From Botryllus schlosseri (Eukaryota): 64,000 nt of DNA. Positions 40,401 through 54,116 of this stretch are shown piece by piece. Below the pieces are notes generated by a model. That model did no database searches. It saw nothing but the letters and a program-made list of their open reading frames with translations, and had not been told where the DNA came from. The stretch is from positions 16,370,001-16,434,000 of the forward strand of contig CM119372.1 of the NCBI GenBank assembly GCA_051294905.1, read 5' to 3'. The stretch's first letter is position 1. Each line of letters starts with the position of its first letter. Both the position numbers and the translations under genes were made by a program.

Positions 40401-41929
40401 TGCGTTTTAAATGTGATGTCAGGTATATCTACTATATAGCTCAAAAGACACATTTCCTTCATAATATCGCCTGACAATTGTCTAACTAAAGTTCCTTCGC
40501 TGCCTTGATCCCGTTCAGAAAGTTCAGTAGTGACGAAATTCTAGCCAAGAATTTCGAAAAAGGTTAAGAGGCGATGACACGTGGGCTCGATACCATAGAT
40601 ATTAGACTGTATTATTAGACTGTAGCAATGAATGTAACAATAAGTATATGCCGAATCCCGGACCCGGAAAACCGTAGCGCGCAAATTTCGACAGGAGAAT
40701 ATTATGATCTACGGCAGACGTGTCAAACATAAAGCCGAATCCGACCCGTCGACGATTTCATCCGGCCCGTCAAACAATTCCAAGTAGATTGAAAAATGCT
40801 TGTGCCTATCCAGTACTTTTTAAACAAATGTTGAGATTTTTAGTAGGAAATACATCCATTGAAGAATCCCTCATGACAATAAATGTCGATGTGTCGGTGA
40901 TATTGACACCCAATTCCGAGAAGGCAAAAAATTGCACGCTGAGTTCAGAGTTTTACAGACAAATGGACCAAAAAGTAGTTAATCACAGTAGCAGAAACGT
41001 CAACGCGGACCCGTTATAGGCCTATGCAGGCTACATGCATAATATAACATGATATAATATAGTTACACGAGAATACAATTCAAATATATGCGGATGCACT
41101 GCTGTATCACTTCTGACTCAAAACGTCCCCGGACTCGAGATTAACCCGGTTCGCGATTTCGTAGTAAAATAATTAACCGAATTCCAACGTCCGCGTTTAC
41201 AGTTAAATCTCTTGTATTCCTCGCACCGCATACGCACGACTAACCCCATATCACGACTAAAACTAAGAATATGTCTTGTCTATACTTATATTGTCGATAG
41301 AGTCACTATTTAGCCGTTTATAACTGTATTCAACTGGTCAATCATCGTTTTGTTGCCAATTATGTTTTTGCGAACAAAGGTGTTGCTAGAATATAACCCC
41401 TATGCTCCGTAATATAATGTAACGTGCTATTTTGTATGTACGCTTCATAATGAAGTATTGAAGTGAAAAAAACAAGGTTATAGATGCTGATGTAATATTT
41501 TGGAACCATTTGACAGACTGATCCGACCCGCGAGCGATCCAAAGGTTTGAATCCAGCCCGCGACGGAAGTTGAGTTTGACACCCCCGATCTACGTGGTCA
41601 AACGCTTTTTGAGATAAAAAAAAAATGCTACACCCCACACTTCGTTTCCCTTAGATATTGTAGTACTGTTCACTGTTCGGCCACTGCTAAGCATCGTATG
41701 AGACGCTTGACGTTTCTAACGGAAGCCTAATCGTCCAGGTAATATGATAGACAATTGGCACGGAACGAACATAGGCGAGACAGGAGCATTTTTTAAAAAC
41801 AATTCCGACATACGGGAGAACAGATATAAGTAGGTAAACGGTGAAATTAGTTCTACCCCCGGCTTTGTGAAACGTGGCGACTCTGGCAGTGTTCAAATAT
41901 CTTGAGTGAACACCATTTGCTGTCATGAA

Positions 41930-42208
41930 ATTGTTTGTTTTTGTGGTATTCATGGTTTTTGTCGACTACTATGGTCATTTACACCAGGCCGATATTCTTC
42001 AATATTTTCCGTAACTGCCGACTTACAGCACGGTCCACCTCTAGGCTTTTTGTAAGACACCGCTTACGCCGATGAGGTGACTAGGAGGAGCCGCCTAGGT
42101 AAACCTCCAACACTGAAGTACGAATTCTGAAGTCGACCTCGGTCGGACTCGGACCCACCACACGTTGACGTTGCAGATGTGGATCATACAACTGTGTTAT
42201 CTCGCCAC
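41930..42208 (-). mobile_element. SINE family 1 copy
   Basis: Full head-to-(caaa)n homology on the minus strand. Confidence 0.82.
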
Positions 42209-45200
42209 AAGAACGTGATTTCCGGTAAGTTTTCGCAATGGCCCTGTAGCCACCGATATCAACATGAAACGCCTCGTGACTTGGTGCATATATTTTCAAG
42301 TTTTTTGATCTTCGCGGTCCTAGTAGTCGTAGGCAATTGGAGTTAGATTTTATGAAGATATATGGCCAAAAAGCACTGTATGATATCGATGTATACCATA
42401 ATAGTATTGTTGTACACTATAGGACGCCAGTAATCGTGTAATTGTTGGCTGCATCAGCAGTTGTTTCATAATTATTATTGCTACCTTTATCTCATTTTTT
42501 CAGCAATTTATCTGGTTCAATTAGAACCGAGATCAACTCCAGATTCGATTCCTACGTGTGAGAGATTTATGTAGACTTCTTATCGCCACCCAATCAAACA
42601 AGACACTGAAAACGACCCTGAAAAACGTGGGCTGTGCTGTAAGTCGGCATCTCAGGATTGGTGAATAATAATATCGGTCTGGTATAAAATGACCCTAGAT
42701 ATCAAAACCAGCCTGTCTCTAAAGAGACTGGTAATCTGTTTATTGCCACTATGCATGAATTAAGCATTTTCAGTAGTCACTAATCATGTGCACAGATGTC
42801 TCTTGTAACTGTGTGTTGACGTGGACAATGTTGCCGAATGGCAAATAGTTGTGGTCAGAATGACTTCGATTGTCGCTTGTCATTAACTAGCATTCAATAT
42901 GACACTATAGCAGGGACGGCCAACCCATGGCCCGCGGGCCAAATGTGGCCCGCGAGAAGGTTTTAGGTGGCGATGTAATTCTCGAAATTAGTTATAATGT
43001 CAGAAAAATCAATTACCCAGGTAATTAAGTATTTGTGAACTTGCAAGGCCAACCGAAAATTTGATTAGCCTGACTGGGAACTTTGAGATATTGATGACTA
43101 AAGTCTCAGTTCAGACGCATTGGCGTAGCCAGTACTTATCCACATTTTCGTAGATCTTCGTATATGACCACAAAGTATAATATTTCGTGGCAGATTTCTT
43201 TGACTTGATATTTTTCTTCGCACTTCCCGCGATTTATTGTCACTCGATTTCTTGATTATAGTCAGGGTTGCCATCGACATGGACCCAAAAATATGGACAG
43301 TCGAAAAATTAGATTTGCATTAAAAAAGCGTTTTCGTACATACTTTGTATTTATACGTGCCGTGACATATCACATCCCATACTTTTTGCCAGAAACAATC
43401 TGCTCCAGCAACTCCTTGTTATTAGAAAGTGCTTCATGGATCTCACGACAGCTAAGGTCTAGGTCAGTGGTTCCCAACGTGGGCGATATCGTCCCCTAGG
43501 GGGCGATTTGGCGGTTCAGGGGGGCGAAAATGACGAAGGGGGCGACAGGGGGGCGAAAATAGCGAAGGGGGCGATAGGGGGCGATGACGCATCAAAACGG
43601 CTGACCTTTTTTTTTTTTTTCTTAGTCAACCCACGGAAATTTAGTTACAAAAGTGTGTAAAATTTGACATCGAGACGAAAATTTGACCTTTTTTTTTAGT
43701 CAACCCGCCGGGGATTACGGTTTGTATGCATAACTAGCTTGTAGAGCAGTGGAAAAGAGTCGTTTCCGGTAAAGATCTTCATCCACTTGGTCTCCGGCTC
43801 AACCTTGCGGAACACATCATTTGGAATCTTCTTCAGCAGAGTGTTAACAGCCGAGACTTCATCAAACAACTCATCTTTCATTGCCATTGGAAAATCAATT
43901 TGCTTTGCCAACCCCTTCATTTCCTCGTACTCGATTGCTTGTTCTTTCAGCAGGATCCAGTTGATGTGCGTTGGATGCTTCTCAAATCGATGCCACTTGG
44001 TGATGTATTCCAAGGTAATGGTGTAGAACTCCTGGAAGCTCGCTTTGAGAACCTTAGCATGCTCTTCATCGACACTTTTTAGTAGTTCGCCTGTTGTTGC
44101 CCCGAAAAACCCTGAACACTGGCGTTGCAATATTTTGATCTTGAAAGATTCAATTATCTCTGCCAGTTCTGGAAATAATGCATTTGACTTTTGCAGTAAT
44201 AACAGTGGTTTATTAAAGAGCAAGAGAGCGCTGTGGAGGAATGATACGATGATCAGCGACTCTTCTTTTTTAGAGAAATCCTCCAATATTCTTGCTGAAT
44301 GTTTCAGCGAAAGAAAGTGCGCTTTGAGTGGTTCCCAGAGATCAATCCTTCGCTCGAGTAGGCTACAGCATCAAGTGTGGTCCAGCGAGTCGGCGTGTGA
44401 GTTGGTAGAGTCGAATATTTGATATCAAGTTCTTCACAGAAATGCTTGAGCCTCAGCGCCCTACCAGTTTGGCTTTTGAAGTGGCTACCAATCTTTAATA
44501 CGTTTGTTTCTATGTCAATTGTGAGGCGCCCTGATCCCTTCTCTGCTGCGTTATGCAACATATGAGCAGGGCAGCCGACTGGGATCAGATGCAATGTTTG
44601 CTCTTTGAGGCGAGAGAAGACGTTGTTTTTTCCACTATGCTGTGATCCTCCAAAATTCACTAGTGCATTATCGGCAGAAAAGAATGACAGCTGCTTCATG
44701 TCTAAGCCATTCATTCTCTTGAATAGAGGAGAGAATAAAGTTTGTGATCTGTGCCGAGGTCTCGCCTGGCATCGGTCGCAGGTCAAGAAGACGTACTCGC
44801 ACTCCAACTTTGGCGTTAAAGAATCTGATGACTAGAGGAAAAAGCTTCACCTCGTTATGATTAGAGGCGTCAACCGAGATGGAAAAAGGCTGTTCACCAA
44901 GTTCAGACAAAATCATTCTTTGAGCGTATGGGGCAAGAACTCCAATAACAATGCTTATAGTCTTGGTCCTGGCCGAAGCAAACTTCTTTGCGATGTTGGA
45001 ATCGGGGAATATTGCTTGAAACAATTGCGATGTGCAATCGTCGGTGAGGAATGATTGCTGGTGTTCGACAGTATGGAACGCCCAGGTACCCTCAGCAGCA
45101 GCTGCCTTGTAGTCTGTGGTCGTTGGTGCTGATCGACTTGTAAAAAAATTATTCATTGACTGGCTCGAATTAATCATTATTACACACTTCTTGTGTTTTT

Positions 45201-46159
45201 TGGTGTCGATGTGAGCCGAAATAGCGGTCTTTCCTATGGCCTCCAGGTTAATGTCACAATTGCAGATATTGCAATGTGCAAAACACTCGCCCTTCAAGCC
45301 AGGGCTTTGGAGCCGGAGCCCGGAGCCGGAGCCCCGGAGCCGTGCATTTTTACCGGAGCTGGAGCCGGAGCCGGAGCCGGAGCCACTTATTTGAGGGGTA
45401 GCTCCGGCTCCGACGTATTTCATAAGATGCTATTATATATGCAACAACCATATCTGCTGAATTCACATAATTCAACAGCAGGCCTTCGCGAAATTAAGAG
45501 TCTTTTCCTCTTTGGCGCTACGTTTTCCGACCAACCATATTCCTGGGTATTTAACAGCAGAACAGTCATATATTCAATGTTAAATTTTCGTACATGAGTG
45601 CCAAGGTATGCGAAATATGCCTGTGAATATGTGGGTATTCGGCATACCCGCAATTTCATCATCAGCATTACCTTGTTGGCCAATTGTACTGTTCGAAAAT
45701 AAGGATCACTATGTATTACGCGAAATGGGAGACAGGATAAAAACGTGATTTCGTTGCACATGTCGATATGACGAGCACGAGCCGAGAAATTCCATCTCAT
45801 CGTTGCTATGAATCGAATGAGCAAATACTCGTTCTTTCGTGATAGTTCTTTAATCGGGCCGTGAAATTGGACAGTGTTATTGAGTATGCAATCAGACATG
45901 CTAATTGGAATTCATTACTGCGCATGATCGTTAATTCACTCCAGTAAGGATTTTTCGAGCGTAAAAAGGGGATGGCAAAAGAGTAGCCCAAAACGCCGTT
46001 TCACTCAGCAAACAATTATCGCGGTGCGAGCTACTCAATGCGATGCAGGACCCCATGGTATTTTATGTTGGAGTCAAATTACTGATTTGATACGCGATTT
46101 CCAATTTGTAATCATCTGTTTCGTAAATTCATTCTTGATGTCTGCTTGATACTCTAGTA

Positions 46160-48133
46160 CAGGGGTTCTCAACCCGCGACGTCTTTCGTTATGAACGCAA
46201 TTACTACTGGCAGTATTGTTACATATTAATTGTACTTGTAATTGTAAATGACTACCGTACTCATTATTTATTGTGTTCTAGTTTCTTGATATATGCTCGA
46301 GTTGATTGCTATTGTTTTGAATCGGTATTCGGCTGGACTCTTGTTCAAGAGAATCCCACTGTGTAGTACACTTTTAAAGAGTGTTTCACACGGGTAAGCG
46401 AGTGGCGCAGTTGGCTAAGCGCCAGCGTCACAACTCCAATGGCTGTGGTTCGAATCCCGGTTCGAACCAACCTCTATGTGCCGGAGGTTTATCTGGGCTC
46501 CTCATCGCTAACCTAACTGCAATAGCAGTGTCTCAAAAAAGCCCAGTATGATGGTGAGCCGCGCCAGTACGAAGTCGGCAGTAAAGAAAAGTCCGGATGC
46601 ATGAAAGAGAGAGAGACTGAAGTCGGAAGCGCGCGAGTATGGAAGTCGTCCGGAAAGAATACGAAAAGCAAAAGAACCTGAACATTACTAATATCATTGT
46701 CGTGGTGTACATGACCTTAATAGGCGATAAACACCACTGTTGTATGACTTAAATAAACAAACAAACAAGAGTGTTTCACTCGCCGCGAATGTTTTGAACA
46801 GAAACAAGACAAGGAACTGGAAATTAAACAGCGAAAACTGGGTTTGTAACTCTGCGTGGAAAAATTTGCTTTATCAGATATAAATGGAAAGCCGAAATGT
46901 CATATTCCTCGGCGAACAATTGTCGTAACGAAGCGTAGAAGCTTAAAATGATACCACGACAGTTTCTTCTCTATAGTTACACACATCGCCTGATCATAGA
47001 AAACGTTACCTGCTGTTACCTACCTGTCAAGCGGGAAATACATGTTTAGAGGCGTTGTGAAAATTGCCGACGACGTTACAGACGCATCCTTCAAAATTGC
47101 TTGGAATATCGCTAAACTCACGAAATATGCTAGAGAAGGTCTTATTTCAATAAAACTTTAACATATTGTGTGAATATTCGCTGTGTCCGAATCATAGCAG
47201 CAAGGACAACATCACCTGACAAATTTCGAAGCTACAGTTATCTGATTCAACCGTGACCAGAAGAGTAACAACAATGTCAGTCGATCTTTTATCACATGTT
47301 CTGACACACGTTGCCGCGTATAGACTCACTTTAGCCGCCCAGCATTGGACGAATCCACCGACTCCAATGACATTGCATAGCTAATCATCTGGGTGCATTT
47401 TATCAGAGTGGACACATTTGCCGAGAAAATGCTGACAGGGCAAACGTGGAGAGGGGACCAGCATAAATCATCAACTAGACAAAACTGACTTCTGTAACTA
47501 TTGGTGCAGGGCTACAACCATGGAAGGAAAGGAGAAGGGTTGATTGGTTTGCTCATGAATGACCCCGAACGCCAAACTTCTTCTCATATCACTGAAAGTT
47601 CGATAATAACTTCTATAACGAAAAATAACCGTAATTTTATATTAGCTCGCTAACGCACGCAATGAAACAGAGTTCGGTTCTCTGATGGAAGGGTTTGAAG
47701 TTGTGATCAGATCAGTTGACCCTAACCAAAGTCATATCGATCACACCCTGGCCTTCAGGGTTAAGTTACTTGTTATGATTTTATGCGCCAATGTTATTTT
47801 CTTTACGGTTGGACGAATCAATAAATATTTCTCTCTTTCTCATATACCGACTTGGCAACGAATGCAATGCACGCTCCATGAAGGGATTTACCTGCACCGC
47901 TAGAAGATACATATTCTCACAACAAAACGGCAACTGCAAACTTACGAACGTTGTCCATTAATGCTTTGGAAAGCATAAAAATGTACTAAATGCCAGTTTA
48001 CGACTGGCAAATAGGCTACAGTAGCCTAAATTTAATATTAGACCACAAATACATGAAAATAATTTTCTGCGGCCCGCGGCGTCTTTTGCTGTTAAAATGC
48101 GGCCCGTTATACAAGGGAAGTTGAGAACCCCTG
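46160..48133 (+). mobile_element. Decayed Buster/Charlie-type hAT with transposase remnants
   Basis: TIR caggggttctcaac, TSD ctctagta; remnants ASFKIAWNIAK, QLSDSTVTRR, ALDESTDSNDIA*L at ~47085-47400. Confidence 0.85.
46390..46766 (+). mobile_element. tRNA-derived SINE family 2
   Basis: A box tggcgcagttgg, B box ggttcgaatccc, (caaa)n tail, 13-bp TSD aagagtgtttcac. Confidence 0.9.
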
Positions 48134-51100
48134 CTCTAGTATTACCGGATTATCGCGCACTGTGACTTATTGTAAATGTGCAATGTACATACTGCATAGT
48201 TTAATTCGTTATGGGCATGGCGCAACGTGCATGGCACGATGTTCAATTCGATTATTCGATTCGTTTCAACGGGAAAATATTTATTCCGATAAACTTGATC
48301 GACACCGGATGGACTGGTAACGAGTGTACAAATATCGAAGGTCAAACCATTGGCCATTTGGCACAACTCGAATTTCTATTGAAAGCGTCGTGATATCCGC
48401 CCATATTGCTCTTACTACAGTTACAGTTATATAATAATCGCAAATTTAAAGATTGAATTGAGCTGTATGGATTATGTTAACGAGTACAGTGTCAGTGTTG
48501 AAACGCCGCATCAAAATTATAATGCTGTACACAGCAATGGCACGGAGTAAAGTGCGTTCTAGTGCAACTATAATGTTATCGACAATTGACAAGCATTCAC
48601 TATGACAGCACAAGCCGGCACGGTAGCACCTATGTCTTCGTTGCTGCATCCGATGTTACTGAAGGCTGACATACTCTAGATTACTATAGATAACCAACCT
48701 ACGGATAAATTAGTAATCTATATAGACGAGGGGTGGCCAATCTTTTCGGCTAAAGGGCCACATGAAATTGACGAACGATTGCGCTGCCCACTATGGCCGC
48801 ACCAAGCGCGTAAAATTTTCAAATTTAATATTATTATTACTTGGGTATATTGCGGGTCCACTGTATACCGCCCGATGGGCTCAGTTTGCAAGGACAGGAC
48901 TATTCGGCATCTGGACATATCGATATCGAAGATTTCCGCTAATATACGACAATCATTTTGTGCCTACATTTCATCGTCGACGATCTTTCTGCGAGCGCAA
49001 ACGCGAAAATACTTTCTCTCGCGATTGTGAATATAGTTAGACTCAATCAGCTAAATCAGGCGTTTTTTCATTTTCAAGTAGGGGTAGGCGACAAAGCAAG
49101 AAATCGTGGGACAATTAGACACGCGAAACGTGAATAAAAATTTTACTGCTTTTTTAGTAATGTAATGTACGACGATTTACTAAAAATGTGACTGGACCGT
49201 GGATCTGCCAATGCGTCGGAACTGATATTTTAGTCATCAACATCCCAAGTGTCGCGGCCAGACTAATCATATTTTTGGTTGGCATTGCAAGTTCACAATC
49301 TGAGCAATTCAATTTCGATAATACAACAGAATTTCGATAATATAATGGGAAATTACATCGCGGGCTACTCAAAACCTTCTCGCGGGCCACATATGGCCCG
49401 CTGGCCGCGGGTTGCCCACCCCTGATATAGACAGACACCTTCGATAGTTTTCATAGCCGGAGCTGGAGCCGGAGCAGAGGTAATAATGCTGCTCCGGAGC
49501 TGGAACCGGAGCTAATGTATGATAGAAGAAAGCTCCGGAGCCGGAGCTGGAGCAATGCAAATTTACGGCTGCTCCAAAGCCCTGCTTCAAGCTTCGTTTG
49601 ACAAATTTGAATTCTCTCTCATAATCGTCACGAAAAACGTTTTCACGCTTGCTCATTCTAAATAATAAGATTTAGTCTTATTAGTAGCTAAAACTATGTG
49701 CGCAATATAATTTAGATAAATTTATCAATGATTTATAGCTTTACTACTACTTTTTTACCCAAGTGTCAACTGCACTGCGCCCTTTTTCACTACGCAATAA
49801 ATGCTGCCTTCCCCACAGCTTATTCTGCTTCTGACTAATACAGCAGAACCCTGGTACTGCTGTTTACTGCTAAAATGACGACCCCTTCGATAGCTTGGTA
49901 CAGCCGAAAATGCTATACGGTACTGCTTGCTGTTTACTGTTAAAATTACGTCTATACTGCGATAGCTTGGTACAGTCGAAATTGCTATACGATACTGTTG
50001 TTTACTGCTAAAATGACGTTCGCTGTGATAGTTTGGCACAGCCGAAACTGCTCTACTACTAACTGCCCTAGCATCTCGCCAAATCCCATCAAATCCTGTG
50101 CGGTGTGTACGCCACGGGAGCTCCTTTCATTTATGATGTCATGAAATCTTCGACGCAAAAGCATAATTTTAGAGTATTATGCAACACAGATACCAGAGAA
50201 AAAACGATCGAAGCTCTGTAGTTGTTGAAAATAAGACAAAATAAGGACGCAAGTCGAAAATAAGGACAGTTGAGTTTTCTAAGACGTGGCCCTTCAAAAT
50301 AAGGACAAGTCTTAGAAATAAGGACGGTATGGCAACCCTGCTTATAGTATTGGTGCCCCTCTGGAAAATTAAAAATAACAACTTACGGAATTAAATCTAA
50401 CTATATTCGCTATTATGAGAGAACGTGTCGTCCAACATGCGACTTCGCGTCTGCACTCGCAGGAAGATCGTCGGCGATGAAACCTTAATTGCGATAGACA
50501 CGCATGTTCACTAAAATCTTCGATATAGATATGTCCAAGCGCCGATTAATCATGTTCTGTCCAAATGAGCCCAGCGGTATACAGAGGCAACCAACAATAT
50601 TTGCAACTAATTGACCGAATTCATTCATTAACTTTGAAAAAAAATTCGCTCTTCGCGCGGCTAGGACAGAGTTTCCATGTCATAACTGTTATCGATTTTG
50701 ATGCGTAATAATATAAATACTATTTTTACCGTTACCTAATCCGGTTCGCTACTATCGCACGACTGAAAAAGGACATCAACATTCAAGTGCCCCGTGCAAT
50801 GGCTCATAAATCTCATGTGGCCCGTTGGCCGAAAAGGTTGGCCACCCCTGTAGCTAGCTGAAAAACAAAATTAGGTTGCTAAAGTCGAAGGAAGCCGCCG
50901 GTCACGATACAGTCGAATCGAAATCTGGCCAGAAAATATTGGAATCGCTGTACAAGCCTCTACCAGAAGATTTAGGTTATAATATCAATGAGTTGCCGAT
51001 GTTAATCCGACCGCAGATTTGATTGTAACTGTGAATCGTAGTAATCTTTTGGAGTTGGCGCGATACGGTTTTCAGAGTACTGGATGCCATCAAGTGGTTC

Positions 51101-53840
51101 CAATCCCCAGCAAATTGTCCTCAGTCCACCTATAATTACCAATGATGTAGCTGGATTGCCAATTCAAAAGGTTGTATCATTGATCGCTCTATCAAGCGAC
51201 TAGCAGCGAAGGAAAAGGCAGAGTTACATTACCGGCATCGTGATTCTCTTAACAGTTTCGTTGGTTACATAATTCACCCCGCCCACTAGAGTCACACGTT
51301 CGTAAAGCCGACGCCTGCCGGCAATGACTCTGCCTAGCGTGCGAGACTATGCAGGCGTATAAATAGCATACAGTAAATAATCGAAAGATATTTACGGTGG
51401 CCACGAACTTGGTCGACAACGAATTCGTGTCGGTGACGTCGAGCGAAAGCACGGTGTCGCTTGAGGGAAAACCCGTTTTACTACGCAATTCCATGATATC
51501 AACCGCATGTCTTCATAATAATTAACACCAGTGCTATTCAACCTATGGGATGGTACGCACTTGTGCTAGGGCAGTGGTTCTTAACCTTTTTTTCCCAGCG
51601 CCCCCTTTCAAAAATTTCCTGGGTCTGGCGCCCCCTATTTTAAGCAGAGTAGTAAAAAACAATGGGTTACCGGTCGAAGTCCGGTTCCGGGTTGGGACTT
51701 CAGTATCAGACCACTCGACTAATTAACGGTATAATCAAGACCGTAACTGCCGCACCCCAAACCCCCCAATTGGGGGGAAGGGGGGCGAGCTCGAAGGGGG
51801 TCCCAAATTATTTTGTGAATTAGCATAAATTATAGACAGAGTATTTTTTAAAAAATTTATTCAACTTTTTCAAATATTTTTCGCGCTCAGCGCGATTTCG
51901 AGCTGCCAGATATCTTGATTTTGGGGTACTATTTCCCCAAGAAAAAATACGCAAGATTTATAGAAATGGGCATATCGGCGCTGGCCATTACCGCGCCACG
52001 ATGCACCAAGACGTATAAAGTTGTAGGCCATGTAACATGCAACTCCAAGAAGTGTGCCAGAACGATCGGCAGCGAGAAAACCTTGGCTGAAAAGGACTGT
52101 CCTTATGCTGACCGAAAACTTCGGTATATATACAAAATACATATAGGTTTAATTGTCCATAGGTACCTAAATGACTGGCGCCGAATGTTGGGCGATTCTA
52201 TATTTTTTGACATAGCAGACAGGAGGTCACGAAATAACATCATGTTACGGAGTCATACCAACGGGCCCTACAGTTTCCAAGACACCTCCCTCAGCTCGAC
52301 CGGTAAATCTGATTACGTGAGCAGAAAGGACAAGAAATTGATTGCAATATATATGCATTTCCGGATCTTATTGACCGATGTTATCATGAATTATCGAAAA
52401 TTTTGGCGCCTCGCGCTAGTTCACTGATCATCAGTACGACTAATTTCGTGGCAAAAGCGAACAACGTGATTGCGGGTAGGTTTATCACCCTATGGGAGCC
52501 CAAGAACCAAGTTTTTTTACTTGGGGGGGTTTGGCTGACGAAGTTTCGTTCCTGCCAACGGGTATACTCCCGAAGATGTTTAATTATTATTGAGGGGTTC
52601 TACCTTGCCAAACACACCTCACCCAGCTCTACCTGTAAATCTGATTCCGTGAACAGAGAGAGGATAAAAATTCATAGCAATATATCGATCATATTGACCG
52701 ATTCAATCATGAATTATAGAAATTTTCCGCGCTTCGCGTGTTTAGGCCAGAAGGTTTTGAGTGGCCCGCGAGGTAATTTCCGAAATTAGTAGTATTATCA
52801 AAAATGGATTGCACAGATTGTGAACTTGCAAGCCCAACCAAAAATAATTTGATTAGTCTGGCCGCAACACTTGATATGTGATGAATAAAATATCTGTTCC
52901 GACGCATTGGTAGATCCATGAGCCAGTAACATTTTGGTAGATCTTCGTACACTACAATGAAGCAGAATAATTTGCGATAGATTTATAAAAAATAAAAATG
53001 TTCTACCCGCTTCGCGCAACATTTTGTTACCCGATTTCTTGCTTTTAATATTGTTACCCCTTCGTGAAAATGAAAGAAGGCCTAATATATCAGATTGAAT
53101 CTAACCATATTCGCGTCCTTGCGACCTTGCGTTTGCGCTCGCTGAAAGACCGTCGACTGTGAAACCTAGACACAAAATGATTGACGCATATGTCGGTCGA
53201 AGCTTTCGATATCGATAAGTCCAGGCGCCGAATAGTCCTGTCCTTGCAAACTGAGCCCAGCGATATACAACAGGCCCGCAGTGACAATATTATTGACTTA
53301 CGAACTTCAGAAAATTTTCGCGCTTGGCGCGGCTAGTGGCCCGTGCAAAAGTTCGTCAATCTAATGTGGCTCTTTGGCTGAAAAGGTTGGCCACCCCTGC
53401 ACTATAGTAACTCGCTGTACCAATGTGGAGTTGGATTATGCCGAAACTCACATACGGGCATTTATGGTCATGTTTAGGTTGACATATAGGTGACACTCGA
53501 CACTTGTTGCATAAGATCAAAATACGCGACACAACCTATTAGCCCACCGCCTCCCTGCCACGACAAGCCTAATGGGTATGTGGCTTTCTTATTTCAAAAT
53601 TTTATATCCTAAATCGTAGCTGGCATTCAAACACAATCCAAATCGGTATATGAATAATATTCGTTTTTTTGTTTCTTTCGTGAAATATTGATTGCAGCAA
53701 TATACGTCAGCAATATTTCAAGAAAGGTAAATTTTATCTGGGATAGGGAATTTTCAAATATGGCGTCAGTATGCCTTTACCTGCACTATTTATTACTAGT
53801 GTGTTGTGCATTTCAGACCATTTTCACAGAGCAGAGGGTT

Positions 53841-54116
53841 CGGCGAGATAGCGTAGTGGTATAATCTACAGCCGTGACACCTATGAGTTGTTGGTCCGAG
53901 TCCGACGGAGGTCGACTCTAGAATTTCTACCCAAGTGTTGGAGGTTCATGTAGGATCCTGCTTGTCATCTCATCCTTGCAAGCTCGGTGTCTTATAAAAA
54001 GACTAGAAGTGGGCCGTGCGACAAGTCGGCAGTTACGAAATAAAAATTAGGAATATCGGCCTGGTGTAAATGACCTCGACAAACACCGTGAATACCACAA
54101 ACAAACAAGCAAACAA
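53841..54116 (+). mobile_element. SINE family 1 copy
   Basis: ggcgagatagcgtagtgg head through (caaa)n tail. Confidence 0.82.

Larger units (their letters stand above)
45300..49584 (-). mobile_element. (CTCCGG)n MITE copy 2, expanded by nested inserts
   Basis: TIR cagggctttggagc, TSD cttcaagc; nested 48728-49424 with TSD atatagac. Confidence 0.9.
43370..49656 (-). pseudogene. Disrupted hAT transposase
   Basis: N-terminus MSKRENVFRDDYEREFKFVKRSLK (49656-49585) rejoins GECFAHCNICNC...H...KH zinc finger after removal of 45300-49584. Motifs FSISVDASNH, FSADN, GCPAHMLHNA, PTRW; C-terminus ...ELLEQIVSGKKYGM* ends at 43370. Frameshifts present, and a MITE end (43465-~43730) replaces part of the dimerisation domain. 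Confidence 0.9.
43263..50340 (-). mobile_element. Formerly autonomous hAT transposon (Blackjack-like TIR)
   Basis: TIR cagggttgccat, TSD (a/c)ttatagt, subterminal aaataaggac repeats at ~50230-50325, ~62-bp repeats at ~49850-50055, internal transposase. Confidence 0.88.
42911..53399. mobile_element. 10.5-kb composite/nested transposon stack
   Basis: Outer ends cagggacggccaacc/ggttggccacccctg, TSD cactatag; empty paralogous site at ~8260. Confidence 0.85.

Noticed and set aside
45193..45597. GSGSGS / GAGAGA / PEP low-complexity ORFs
   Set aside because: These are translations of the (CCGGAG)n subterminal repeats of a MITE fused by chance to the transposase frame.
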